This document shows positions 1 through 12,859 of a stretch of DNA of 64,000 nucleotides, piece after piece; within the stretch, counting starts at the first letter, position 1; each line of letters starts with the position of its first letter. The notes under the pieces were generated by a model. That model saw only the letters and a program-made list of their open reading frames with translations, was not told the DNA's origin and ran no database searches. Origin of the DNA: a bacterium (lineage in GTDB: Bacteria > UBA8248); the NCBI GenBank assembly GCA_965213685.1, contig CBDBZY010000064.1, forward strand, positions 64,001 through 128,000, given 5' to 3'. A program made the translations under genes and the position numbers.

Positions 1-73
1 GAAGTGCCATCCGGTTCTATCAAGGTGTGTTGATACTTTTAAGTCCATAAAAAAGCAAGGATCTAGTCTAAAG

Positions 74-460
74 ATGGTGAAGAGGATAAATCCTGTACCA
101 AGAAGAGCAGACATGGATCATTATAGAGATGTGAAAACTCAGAATGACTGGCTACGTTCAAATGTTTTTGACTCCATGGGAAATTTTCTTTATTGTGCCA
201 AATGTATACGTGCAGCTTTTGGTATTTCCAAGCAGTGTCTTGCCCGACAGCATAAGATGGAGCAGTCTGCTTCACAAGAGCCAATCACACATTTAACGAA
301 AGCTGAAGTCGAAGAAAAGCGATTAGGAGAGTTTGTTGTCATGCCAAGTGGATGTGATAAGCCTTTAGTACATGGTGGAAGAGGAAAGCTTCAGGTGATG
401 TTGTCAATGTCAAATATCCTCACGAATGACACAGATTAGCTGGAAAAGTCTCAAACTCTG
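74..460 (+). pseudogene. Fragment of an uncharacterised, probably transposon-derived protein
   Basis: ORF 74..439 with CxxC (YCAKC) in an HTH-like context; degenerates by frameshift near 370; no diagnostic catalytic motif. Confidence 0.25.
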
Positions 461-1355
461 CTAAAACTGACACAATGCAGGAATCCGCACACTCCACGAT
501 TTTGTGATCATAAAACACATCCTCACTGATGAGGTCATCATGCATGTAAGAAAGCTGTGTTATACAGGAAGTTTTGAAAGCTCAAAAATGAAAATAGCAC
601 AGGGAGTTAGCTCAGACCTAGATGCTATTCCCAAAGAGAGTAGCTCATACAAAGCTACAAGTGAGTAAAGCTTCAAAGAAAATGGAAGATTTAAAGTCTA
701 TGTACACTAAGTTTGTATGCCGTACTAGGTGGCCAGAATTCTTGCAGGAACAGTAGACAATAATAGTTTATTGTAGTGTTCTTCATCATTGTAAGGTTAT
801 TATTTGGTCATATAGCACTGTAAAAGACAATTCTATTAATAATGAAATGATTCTGACCAAAAAGTGCATTTGGGATAGGTGTGGCTAAGGTTCCATTTTA
901 AGTCTATGCCTTCATTATTACTATACCGTCAATGAGCATATTTAGCATATATACCAGCCGAGTTGGTAGGTTTGTGAAAGCGCTCCTGTAGCTATGCGTG
1001 TCAGGCAGGTATCGTCGCTATATATCTTCTACACTGGCCCTAGGCGCTACCTGTTTACATTGCTGAAGCTCTGTCGTGCGTTGTGCCGTAACTCGCCAAT
1101 TACGCAACTGAGATGACCATAGCAAGGTTAAGATCACGCTTTTTTTTGCTATGTACACATAAACGTAGCCTTACTGTGGGCTGTATAAGCATGGGACATA
1201 CATACAAACGTATCCTTACTGTTGATTTCTCCTGTCTCAGCTCAGCTTAGTTTAAGAAATGGGCAGTCTCCATAGTGTATGTTCTAGTTGGTAGAGTGCT
1301 GTTCACTTAGTGATACCATTACCCCTATTGTGTGGGCAGGGCCATTACCTCAGTA

Positions 1356-1531
1356 CAATGAAACCTCTGTATAGTGTTCACTCTGTAAAACAGCCACCTC
1401 ATTATTACAGCCACCTACTCAGGTCACTTGGGATATAATGCCCAATATTTACACCTCTATTAAACAGCCACCTCTCTATTACAGCTACAAATTTATGGCC
1501 CATAGGTGACCACTCTAGGGAGGTTCCACTG
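1356..1531. mobile_element. Tigger/pogo-like MITE
   Basis: Ends ta-caatgaaacctc ... gaggttccactg (imperfect TIR of the CAGTGGAACCTC type); internal acagccacct repeated 3x. Confidence 0.6.
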
Positions 1532-1630
1532 CAATGGCTTAAAACTGTGCACAAAACCTGCTGGTTGGCAAAAAGTGCATGGAGTGCTAGTCAGCTAGTA
1601 CTAGTGTATCGCCTTGTCAGTGGCAGCACC

Positions 1631-1838
1631 ATGAGTAATGGTTATGTCAACCCATTGGACTACCAGGCCAGGAAGAGATACTATGAAAAGCTGGAAACTG
1701 TTGGCCTGTCTCTTAATGTTGAACCATATAGCGCTAGTGATAGATTCCATTCTGACACGACCCTTTGGCCAAAGATCGAATTTCAGGCCTGGCACCTACG
1801 TTCAGGAACAGCTTCTCTCATGGAAGCAGATGGAAGCA
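1631..1838 (+). pseudogene. Fragment of a DNA-transposon accessory ORF (SWIM/YqaJ-type protein of ISL2EU/Harbinger-like elements)
   Basis: Frame-split motif RYYEKL..EPY..D..LWPKIEF / RPGTYVQEQLLSWKQMEA resembles the N-terminus of that protein class (recognised by eye). Confidence 0.4.
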
Positions 1839-1839
1839 C

Positions 1840-2020
1840 CCAGCTGGATTCAAAAACGTGCGTGATAAGTCCACTGACTGAGGACTGAGCACACCAGCGT
1901 CAGCCGTTGGACAGGAAGAACACTATAGCTAACACAGTGCAACTATCAGAAAACTCTAATCTATGTCTATTCCTCACTCACGATGTTTCTGTTATATTCT
2001 CTCTTCAAGAGAGGAGGTTA
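1840..2020 (+). repeat. Dispersed repeat, second copy at ~19555-19700
   Basis: Shared gctggattcaaaa(a)cgtgcgtga..agtccactg and later ctatgtctat..ctcactca..gagaggag blocks. Confidence 0.5.
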
Positions 2021-2579
2021 CCGCCGTACAGTCAGTCAGGAACGTGTTTATACACAGCACGGTTGTTACTAAAACCCAGGACGGGACGGGGTGAATCCGA
2101 GACATCCTGTCCCGTCCGTACGCATATGATAGCCACGCTGGTGGCAGTTAGGCACTCCTGGCACGTATCTACTACGGACTCTACAAGTGCTTCGGCAGGA
2201 CATGTAGCTACTACGGACTCTACAAGTGCTTCGTCGCATCATACCTTTACACTGTATCCTTGCAAATTTCACAGTTCATGACAAGACTGTATAAATATTA
2301 CTTTCACAAAAACGACAAAACCTCTTGCGAAGACCTACACAAGATACATGAAACCGTTCCATACAAGTGTCACATTCAATCATGGCGCAAGCATTTTTCG
2401 TAGTATGGTACAGTCTGCTTCCCTTTCATCACCCTGAAATAATGTCAAACTCTTCTCAATTGGCATAATGTACATGGCTTGGGCAATCATGTGACCGCTT
2501 CCAACCTCCTCTGGTTACTACAAGTACACCAGGCCTGACTCAGCAACACGAATGCCCTATGACATGTTAGTGAGACACA

Positions 2580-3130
2580 TGATAACCCCTCAATCGACAA
2601 AGTGGTTAATAAAGTCTGGGGCAGCCAAACCCAGCCCAGCCTAGCCTGGTTATGTATGAGGGAGGAAAAACTCACTGCCGTATCATCTGAGTGATGGAAA
2701 GAAAGTGGAAGAAAAAGTGGACTCCTGCTGACATTCTACCGACTGAGTCAGAGCTAAAGAGCCCAGCCAGCAGGCAGGCTGTTTGTTTGTCATGTTTGTT
2801 TTCCCCCCTCATACACCAACCAGGGGTTATCATGTGTCTATACTTAAAAAAAAAACAGACCCTTAATGGGTCTCCTGCTTCAGCCACTGCCCCTCAGACT
2901 AACTAGGCTAGGCTAGGTTGGTTGCCCTAGACTTTAATAACCATCCTGTCTGTTGGGGCAGCAGGAAGCTTCATTGCAGACCAGCAGAGACTGTTGTCAG
3001 GATATGGTATCAACTTTGCCTGCTGTCAGAAGTCGGAAGAGCGTCAGCATGTATAGAAAGCTGAGAGTTGTGGGTTCGAGTCCCGCAAGAGTCCACTTTT
3101 TCTTCCACTTTCTTTCTCTTAGAGAGTCTA
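2580..3130. mobile_element. tRNA-derived SINE-like pieces in opposite orientations
   Basis: B-box GGTTCGAGTCCC at ~3073-3084 preceded by A-box-like agtcggaagagc; gagtccactttttcttccactttctttc at ~3089 is inverted at ~2697-2723; ggctaggctagg..ccctagactttaataacca at ~2905 is inverted at ~2603-2648. Confidence 0.55.
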
Positions 3131-3349
3131 ACTGATGAGACTAGTGTGGGCTACGGCAAAAGCCTTTGATACCAAGCGCTGCCGTTCATGATGGCTTTGC
3201 CATCAGATAGTAATGAACAAAGCACTAGTAACAGTGAAGCAAGTGGGAATGTTTCTGATCAGCGCTTCCCGTCTCCTTTTTTGGTCATGGACTGAGGGCA
3301 TCTGGCCGTACCGTGGTGGGTGATCATTCACACTCAACACAATTATCTA

Positions 3350-6150
3350 ATCATGAGACACTGACAATTATGTATTCAAATGCTCGAAGTTTGTTACCTA
3401 GATTGAAGAACTACAAGTTTTAGTGTATAGTAATCTATGTATTGTTGAATCATGGCTATCACAAGGCATATTTGACAATGAAATAACAATTATGGGTTAT
3501 AACTGTCATAGAAAAGATTGTAACAGGATGGTGGAGGTGTATGTGTATATACAGGTCAGCATCTTGCCACAATGAATATGTCAGAAGAAGTTCATGCAGA
3601 TCTGGAATGTATATTTGTGAATGTTTTGAAAGGTACAGTCAAAACAACAGTTGGATGTTTCTATCGACCACCCAATTCTCCAAATTATATTTTTGATACT
3701 CTCACAGATTCTATTTTTGCACTTCAGCCTAACCTGTTGACTAATTTCATCCTTATTAGTGACTTTAATGTTGATACTTCAAGAGGAATTAATACATGTC
3801 TGAACAATTTCATGGCAACATTGAGTCTCAGCCAAGTGGTCACCACAACAACACATATTTCTCCCTCTGGACGAGAGACTACAATTGACTTGTGCTTCAT
3901 GTCATGTATAGAAAATCTTATTTCTTGTGAAACAAGACCTCCACTTGGAACCTCTGATCATAAGTCTCTTGTTGTCACCTTGAAAAGTGGCTGTATGCGA
4001 AGGAACAAATTTCATTACGAAAAACTTCTATGGAGGTACACTGAAGCCAATGTAGAAAGGGCATGTGCATTGATAAGGAACACTGACTGGAAAATAATCT
4101 TGACGAGTAATGTAAATGAGTCATGGCAAAACTGGAAAAGGATCTTTTTAGACATAATGCAACAGTGTGTTCCATGAGCTAAACAGCAATGCCGGCGTTA
4201 TTTGCTTTGGATTAACAAAAATATTATGTGTGTTATTAAAAGAAGAGATCACTTGTATTGTAAGTTCAAGATATCGCAGAGTGTATCTGCTTGGAAGAAG
4301 TATAAAGAGATGAGAAATCGAGTGGTCAAACTCATTAGGTCATCCTGAGCTGTTTTTTTCTGTAACCTCTCCAGAATGGCAAATGATCCTCAGAAGTTTT
4401 GGAAAATAGTGAACTCTTCGAACACTGTTTCAAGTCATATTCCTACACTGGTTTCTGATAATACGTTGGTGTCGGAAGACGCTGAGAAAGCTGAAGTACT
4501 GAACATTTTCTTTGGTGAGAGCCTTAACAAATCAGATTCTTCTCTTCAACATTCTCCATCTCAACATCTGAGTGACTCCACCTCAGATATATCATTAATT
4601 GACATCTCTGAAGAGGAAGTTGTGTGCCTGATTTCTTCCCTGAAGCCCAAACGTCACCTGGAATAACTACTGTTGAAATGTTACAGTTGGTTGCCCAGTG
4701 TATTGGGCCAGCACTAATGCTGCTATTTAACATTTTCTTGCAATGGGAAAAATTCCATCGGAGTGGAAAGTTGGAAAAGTTATTCCTATACGCCATCTTC
4801 AGCTGCCGTCCAACTATCATCCAATTACGCTTCTACCCATTGTCAGCAAGATTTTAGAACGACATATCTTTAATATTCTGCGTGACTTCATGCACAACCA
4901 GTGCCCACTCTCTCCAAACCAGTGGGGGTTCTGCTCAGGGAAATCCACTAGCACTGCTCTAGCTTACATTACACATTGCTGGAATGCAAAGTTGCATACT
5001 GGTGTGGATATATGTGCAGTCTTTTTTGACTTAAGAAAGGCCTTCGATAGGGCACTGCTTCAGAAACTTTCTAAGCTAGATTTACCTCCTCTGTTGTTCC
5101 AGTGGCTCCAGGACTGCTTAACTGGTAGATTTCAGCAAGTTGCTATCGGAGAGGCAATATCCAGGTTACTTCCTGTTCTATTGGGTGTGCCTCAAGGGTC
5201 AATACTTGGTCCGCTGTTGTTCATCTTTTTCATTGATGATATTTGTGATCTCCCACTATCGAAGGATTCCACTCTTGCACTCTATGCAGATGACATCTGT
5301 TATTCCAGGCCTATTTGCAGCAGTGAGGACTTTGCAATTGTACAAAGGGACATTGACTTAATTGGAAACTGGTCCAGTAGTAACCATCTGAAATTTATTA
5401 AAGATAAGTGTCAGTGGATGTTTATATCTCCAAACGATCTAAGAACCCTGAATGTCATGCAGTCGACCTGTTTGTTAATGTAACTAAACTAAATCGTGTC
5501 TTTGAAGTGAAGTACTTGGGTGTACTTATCACTCACAACCTAAATTGAGCTGCACATATTCATTCTGTGGTCTCCAAAACAAGACAAAAACTGGGTTTTC
5601 TCTACCGCAAGTTTTACAAACACTGCAACACTACAGTTCTCCGGAAACTATATGTATCATTAATATGCCCAGTACTGTTGCATTGTATGGGACCCCTTCA
5701 CAAAGGGCTCAATTGAACACTTGGAAAAAACTCCAAAGCTGGCTGCAAAAATCTGCCTGAAGAAGTGGAACTTATCATACACTACCATGTTGAGGGAGCT
5801 TAACTTGCCTACATTGCAAATTTGCAATCTAGGAGGCACATTATGAAGCTATGTGTTGTTTATGCCATACTTAATGACTCAATGTACTTCCCATCAGGTA
5901 TCTTTGATCGCAATTCCAGTGTCAGCACTAAAACCAATACTCCACTGTGCCTCCAGCCTGTACATTGCTCTACCAATTATTTCATGTTTTCTTTTGTTCC
6001 TCATTCCATCCTTCTGTGTAACAGTCTCTCACCATGCATCTCTGGATCTGCATCATTGTTGTCTTTTAAACGCGCATTACATGTTTGGCTTTAGTTCCCT
6101 GTCCTTGTTCTGTCTTGTCCATTCCTTATATTTATTGACTATATTGCACT
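3350..6150 (+). mobile_element. Degenerate CR1/L2-clade LINE ORF2 (APE endonuclease + reverse transcriptase)
   Basis: NARSL, FYRPP, SDFN, TIDL, SDH (APE); WGF, FFDLRKAFD, GVPQGSILGPLLF, YADD (RT) across ORFs 3572..4177, 4376..4666, 4743..5483, 5822..6094; many stops and frameshifts. Confidence 0.92.
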
Positions 6151-7430
6151 GAAGTACGTCACTAGCTATTGTACTATTGTACTTCGTATTTCTAATAACG
6201 GACTCACCCTCGGAACGCCTGGGTATGAGGCTAGTCGCTACTAAGCCTCGGCATAACCAACTCTAGCGCTTCTGCTCCATGCCGTCGCTATATACATCCG
6301 CATGTACGTGTACTCGGGTACATTTAACAGCCGATAGGCCAGCGGTCCAAATATTGCAGATACAGGAAGTCAATACGTGCTTTCATTCCATTGCGCAATT
6401 TTCTCATCACTTACATCCTGCTTCTTTTCCTCGTTATATCTCGGCAGCGACTCGACCTGGCGACTTGAGCAGGTACTAGCAAGTAGAGCAGCCCTTTTGC
6501 GTTCTACCTGTGTGTAGTACAACACTGTTCGTTACTCAAGCGCCCCACGATGACGCCGCATCCACACACTATTTGCTGGCCAGCGCTCGCAGTACCCCAC
6601 GCAGAAGCTATCTCATTTTGGTTTGCCTGAGCCAATTCTCACAGTTCGAGCGCTACAGGTCAGGCATGCTGGTAGTTATAACATACAGCAAAGTTAACTG
6701 GTTCCGCTAAGTTGTAGTGGAGTTACGAGTGGTGAAAATGTAATCAAAAACAATCATTTAACGCATGCACGCAATGAGAAAAGCATACATAACAAATACA
6801 CTAGGATCACGTTCTCCACTTCTGGGACCTCCAAAAACGTGTTTCACACTAGGGGACATAGCATGTATCAAGGACAGAGTTCCACAAATATAGACGAGCT
6901 GTTCCACAAATGTAGATGAGCCTCATCCTGTCTGGTAGATGTATAAGAAAGTAATACAGATATAGGCAAAAATGAATACCATGCAGGTGGCAAACAATGG
7001 TATGTTTCACATGAAGAATGTGAAGGAAAGCATCTTAAACATCACTCACTGTTGTATCACAAAATTAATGTCAGGCATAAACTTTTAACAATCATTTTCA
7101 TTCCCATCTTCAGTTTCACTAGTGTCACTCTGAATATTGTTAACCATGGCAATGTTGTACTTCCACTTAACCATGCTACCAGTTACCTCTCGTTCTCCTT
7201 GCTCACTCATCCATTTCCACTGCTCTACCACAAGGGATGTTTTGGTAGTTACTACACCTATAATTATAATGAAAAGCACTTGGAAAGTGCATAACCCTCG
7301 TGAGATGGATAATGGATAAATGTATTCACCGTAGTCATGCCATTCATTTTTGATGCATGTCTTTGTAGAAGTGTATGTTAGCCTTATGACTAGCACTGCT
7401 GAATAGCATTCACAAACATTGCACTTGCAA

Positions 7431-7575
<145 letters not shown>

Positions 7576-8120
7576 CAGTACAGCAGTCTTTGCTACGTCT
7601 ACCATGTACCAGCAGAGTTAGAGGAGGGTGGACATGGCGGGCACGTGATATACCTACGACAAATCAAGGCAGTCTCATTGATCATAGCTATATACACAAG
7701 GAGCATCTACATGTAGAAGTATCACCTCAAAAATATAATTACAGTATATCAGCTCAGTGCTAGATGTTTGAGTAGGAACAGAAGCTCGCTTGGCCTTGAG
7801 CAGCCCAAGAACATACACTTCTTCAATAGGTGCGCACCCAAGTACTAGCTAGGCTGGCTGGACACATTTGAGTCGAAAAGCTCCCAACTGCGTATATGAC
7901 ACCAGATCGTACCATTTGTACTTCCACTCCATTAGTAGCTAATGGAACCTTAACAACGCGACTTTACACAACCTTGAAAAGTTACTTTTGCTCACCAATA
8001 GCCTCACTATCAACCGAGCGACTCCAGAGTTCACCAATTCTGAGAGACTATGATGCTTCTCCGATTCTCCACTTTGAAGAATGCAGCATCTACTGTTACG
8101 GAGAAAATCCACGCATGCCT

Positions 8121-8260
<140 letters not shown>

Positions 8261-9326
8261 ATGCGTGCGAGGGTTAACTATATTTGGCAGTTACTATACC
8301 TACTATAATTATGTAGTGGCACATCTCTTTCTAGCTTTCATGCATGCATGAGCATCTGAATGGACAGGAGCTAGGATTAATTGTATCTCTTGCCTCCACT
8401 AAAACACCGGAAGAGTCGCAGTCAACCTGCAAGCAGCTATCGCTAAGACCTAGCAGCTATCCACCGAAACCTACAGAGCAGGAAGAGGTATTAAGTGTTC
8501 TGACCAAGTGGTATCGTCATCACGTTTACGTTTCACCCCATAACTTATAGTGTCACTTTCCCTCACATTCTTCATGTAATACACAAGTTTTTGGTGCTGT
8601 GTACAGGAGACTAGTACTACACACAATCCTTCCAATACCAACACAAAGCATGCTTGCTAGTTTTAACATCAACTGTCTCACAAAATGGAATACAACACTA
8701 TCATTTCCTTTATCCCATCGAAATCTGAAAGGTTCACCATGTCTATGCTTCTTCAGAGAGCGCCTAATGCTGCTTTCACAAGATTTGCACATGCACACAT
8801 GAGTATGGAAGACACTTGCTCGTTGAAGAGTGTCTGCAGGGCCTCGGACCACCGTTGGACCTTCCACAGAACTTAGAGGAGCCAAGGGAGGACGTGCTGG
8901 AAAGACCCGGACTCATCCTGCCATACACGCAATGCCACGTGGAGCTGTAATCAACAAGGGTATTCGGTCCCGTGTATCTCCGTAGCTATCGAGCGGAACC
9001 TGACTGTTTTATACTATATTGTAGCCCAGCGTAAGGACTCTACGTCAGCGTAGAACTGTGAATATTGCTTCAGGCAAACCAAAATGAGATAGCTTCTGCG
9101 GAGGGTACTTCGAGCGCTTGCGATTACATAGCGTGTACAAGCGGCGCCACTACAAAGATTAGGAACGCTTTTTCTTCACGCCATTTGCACTTTTAGAATG
9201 TAGAAGGACTAGCCTACAGGAAACCTTTGCCTCGAGTCCCTAGCGTCAATCGCCTCTAAGATACAGCACGAAATATACCCAGGAAGTATGCGTTGAGAAA
9301 ATTGCATAATGGAATGCGGGCACGTA

Positions 9327-10068
9327 GAGGAAGTTATCAAAGATCGGACACCATGTATATTCGGACGCTCCCATTCTGGTTAAGAGGTGCCTATGGAAGA
9401 CATTCAGGCACAAATTCAAACCTTAGTTCAAGGCCACTCTATAGCCCAAGTTTGACTTAAACCCTCGCTATATTCAAGGAGCTGCAGGCGTTCAAACTAG
9501 AATATCGGACACAGCAATAATCGGACGAAGCTATATATCGTTGGACACCGCATATTACTTTCACGCTGGCCACCTTCTAGCCTAGTAGTGACGCAGAAAA
9601 GCCTCTACCAGCTATCCAAGAGCGTTATCTGTCCAGTATGACTCCGGATATGCCGCATATCTAACGCGATCTCCCCACCTTCGTACCCTGCGCGCGCATG
9701 CGTGTCAGGTTACACGTGAAGAATTTCCTATTTGTGGATAGCACGATGAGCTACTCCAGATAGCTGCTGTGGGTGTATTGTAGCACCAGTAGACAATGGG
9801 TTATCTGAAGTTTGTGTGTGGCAGTCTGCACTAAGTCATTTATTTTGCGGTGCGCGTTTGTGTGAATTCTGTGTTGTGTGTTGTGTAGCATAATGCTCCA
9901 TTGCATAAAATAGGTGTGTACATGTGGAACTAATCACAGTAGCACAGGCTCCAACATTTCCAGAAGAGTTTCCAGGACCAAAACTTATTAATTAAAACCA
10001 CGCTCACTTCCAGCATTAACTCCGTCCATACCACGCCTTTTATAAGGCACGGCCAGTGATCGTAGCCT
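9327..10068 (+). mobile_element. Left arm of a ~740-bp inverted repeat (pogo-type element end)
   Basis: Near-identical reverse complement of 12124-12859; starts ta-gaggaagttatcaaagatcggacac with repeated tcggac subterminal motifs. Confidence 0.9.
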
Positions 10069-11100
10069 TCTAGCCTAGTAGTGACGCAGAAAAGCCTCTA
10101 CCAGCTATCCAAGAGCGTTATCTGTCCAGTATGACTCCGGATATGCCGCACATCTAACGCTATCTCCCCACCTTTGTATCCTGCGCGCGCATGAATGTCA
10201 GGTTAGAATTTCCTATTTGTGGATAGCACGATGAGCTACTCCAGATGGCTGCTGTGAGTGTATTGTAGCATCAGTAGACAATGGGTTATCTGAAGTTTGT
10301 GTGTGGCAGTCTGCGCTAATTCATTTATTTTGCGGTGCGCGTCTGTGTGGGTGTGTGGCATACCACAGATTTACAAAGTTTGGCACCCACGTCAACTCCA
10401 AGTAGCATGTGATGCTGTCAAAAACAGTCTCCACACCATGGGCTTTGGAAGTATTTTTCATCCTATGGTCAACACTGCATGATCATGTCTCTGGAAGGGT
10501 AAATGGCATGGTAGACACCGCTATAAGGACCTCGCCTTTCAAAGCGCTGAACGCCTTTCACATACCACGATGTTGGTGAGCACACCTGGTGCTTTAGACA
10601 ATTTTTTTGAGGATACTCTTTTCACAAATGACCTCCTTCAAGAGCCTAGCAGAATATTCAAAATTGATGAAACAAGCATTGCCCTGAACCCTTTTTCCTT
10701 CGGGGCATCAAGTACTTTCAGATGGTTTCAAGTGGAGTTAGGAATCAGATATTTGTTGTTGGTTGTGCGTGCTGTGGTGCAGGTGGTACTTCACTGCCTC
10801 TTATGGTAGCATTTGATCACCAGAGGTTAAGACCTGAGTGGGCAAAAGGTGAGGTTGCAGGTACATTTTAGGGTCTCTCAAACAGTAGATGGATAGGTGC
10901 AGTTATTTGAGCTGTGGTTTAAGAACCCTTTTCTTGCACCTCCAACTCACCCCCTCCCCTTGTTTCTGGATGGCCATTCATGTCCTTTTCTGCCTGCTTT
11001 TATTCGTGCTAAAAAAAGATTGTTTTCTGTTTACCGCCTAACACTTTTTACCTAACACAACCCTTAGATAAAAGCCACAGCAGATGTTCTGGAATGAGGA
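10066..11100 (+). pseudogene. Degraded pogo/Tigger (DDE_1) transposon with its upstream sequence
   Basis: 10066-10345 is a diverged copy of 9573-9860; downstream frame-broken motifs SRIFKIDETS, LFLDGHS, LPPNT..LTQPLD. Confidence 0.75.
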
Positions 11101-12123
11101 ATGCCTGAAGTACACGGTGCCGCATTTTTTTGAAGCAGTTATGTAACTTCAGTGTGATAGTAATTCATGGGGCAATGTTGTGACTAAGCCACAATCTTTA
11201 GATTTACTGGGATGTACCAGCTTATCAGAATACTCCCTGGCTGAAGCAACACAAGAGGACGTTGGCTGAGAATGTGCATATCCCTGTACTAACTCAGGTG
11301 AGGCGTAATTTTTCTCAACTTCCCTGGACACCTATACACGTACATACACTCCAGAAATCCTCATGACCATCTCCTGCAGCAAGCATGGCTGCCATCACAC
11401 AGGGATGCAAGCTTACCATGTTTTGCGGAAAAGTTAGATGTTCCTGGCACACTCTTGTGAAACATAGTTCAGTGATGAACTAAATTGTACCACGCTTCCG
11501 CTTGTTCTTTTCTGGAGATCTCATCATCTTTTAGCCTTGCTGCAGCCATTGCCTTAAAAGCACATGCAGGACCATGCACAACATAACAGTCATCACTAAG
11601 AAAACGAGGCTACTGAATAGGCTCCAACTGTTCCGGATTTTTTGCTCTTGTCTCCGAACTCGGAAGGCCTTACTACAGTCTTCTTGCTTGTCCTGGAAGT
11701 AGGCTAGACAGTTGTATAATGTGGCTGCTTTTTACTACAATAGATTAGACCGAGCAGTATCGCGTGTAGAACTATTGGTTACTGCTAGCTAGCGGTAGCC
11801 ATCGTATAAAAATCGACAACATAATTAATTTTGTGAGCGTGTCTCCAAATTGCGTACATACATGTCCATGATTGTACACGCTCGCGCCTACGTCACGTAC
11901 CGACGCAACTTGCGTGAGCTTTGACGAGCAGTAATCAACCTTTGTTTTTTGTCCCAATATGCACCAGGTTCACTCTCAAAGCATTAAATTTCAAAAAACT
12001 TTTCTGGGGGAGCATGCTCCCAGATCCCCCCTAGACTGCTCTGGGCTACGCCCACATCCAAATTATATACATATCACAAATTTCCTGGCTATGCCACTGG
12101 CTATCTACTCATTATACGGTCGG

Positions 12124-12859
12124 AGGCTACGAACACTGGCCGTGCCTTATAAAAGGCGTGGTATGGACGGAGTTAATGCTGGAAGTGAGCGTGGTTTTAA
12201 TTAATAAGTTTTGGTCCTGGAAACTCTTCTGGAAATGTTGGAGCCTGTGCTACTGTGATTAGTTCCACATGTACACACCTATTTTATGCAATGGAGCATT
12301 ATGCTACACAACACACAACACAGAATTCACACAAACGCGCACCGCAAAATAAATGACTTAGTGCAGACTGCCACACACAAACTTCAGATAACCCATTGTC
12401 TACTGGTGCTACAATACACCCACAGCAGCTATCTGGAGTAGCTCATCGTGCTATCCACAAATAGGAAATTCTTCACGTGTAACCTGACACGCATGCGCGC
12501 GCAGGGTACGAAGGTGGGGAGATCGCGTTAGATATGCGGCATATCCGGAGTCATACTGGACAGATAACGCTCTTGGATAGCTGGTAGAGGCTTTTCTGCG
12601 TCACTACTAGGCTAGAAGGTGGCCAGCGTGAAAGTAATATGCGGTGTCCAACGATATATAGCTTCGTCCGATTATTGCTGTGTCCGATATTCTAGTTTGA
12701 ACGCCTGCAGCTCCTTGAATATAGCGAGGGTTTAAGTCAAACTTGGGCTATAGAGTGGCCTTGAACTAAGGTTTGAACTTGTGCCTGAATGTCTTCCATA
12801 GGCACCTCTTAACCAGAATGGGAGCGTCCGAATATACATGGTGTCCGATCTTTGATAAC
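12124..12859 (-). mobile_element. Right arm of the ~740-bp inverted repeat
   Basis: Reverse complement of 9333-10068 with only about 2 differences seen; its last 9 bp (cttcctgta) appear at 15764-15772, beyond the hAT element. Confidence 0.9.

Noticed and set aside
2169-2233. 26-bp direct repeat with 39-bp period
   Set aside because: Only two units; ordinary local duplication
3025-3095. Possible tRNA gene
   Set aside because: B-box present but no convincing cloverleaf or acceptor stem; continues into repeated SINE-like sequence
8553-8885. 110-aa ORF with CxxC (CMCKSC)
   Set aside because: Possibly a TE remnant but no recognisable family; too weak to call
9327-12859. DIRS or Penelope-type inverted LTRs
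   Set aside because: No RT or tyrosine recombinase between the arms; cargo is a pogo DDE remnant and the ends abut TA
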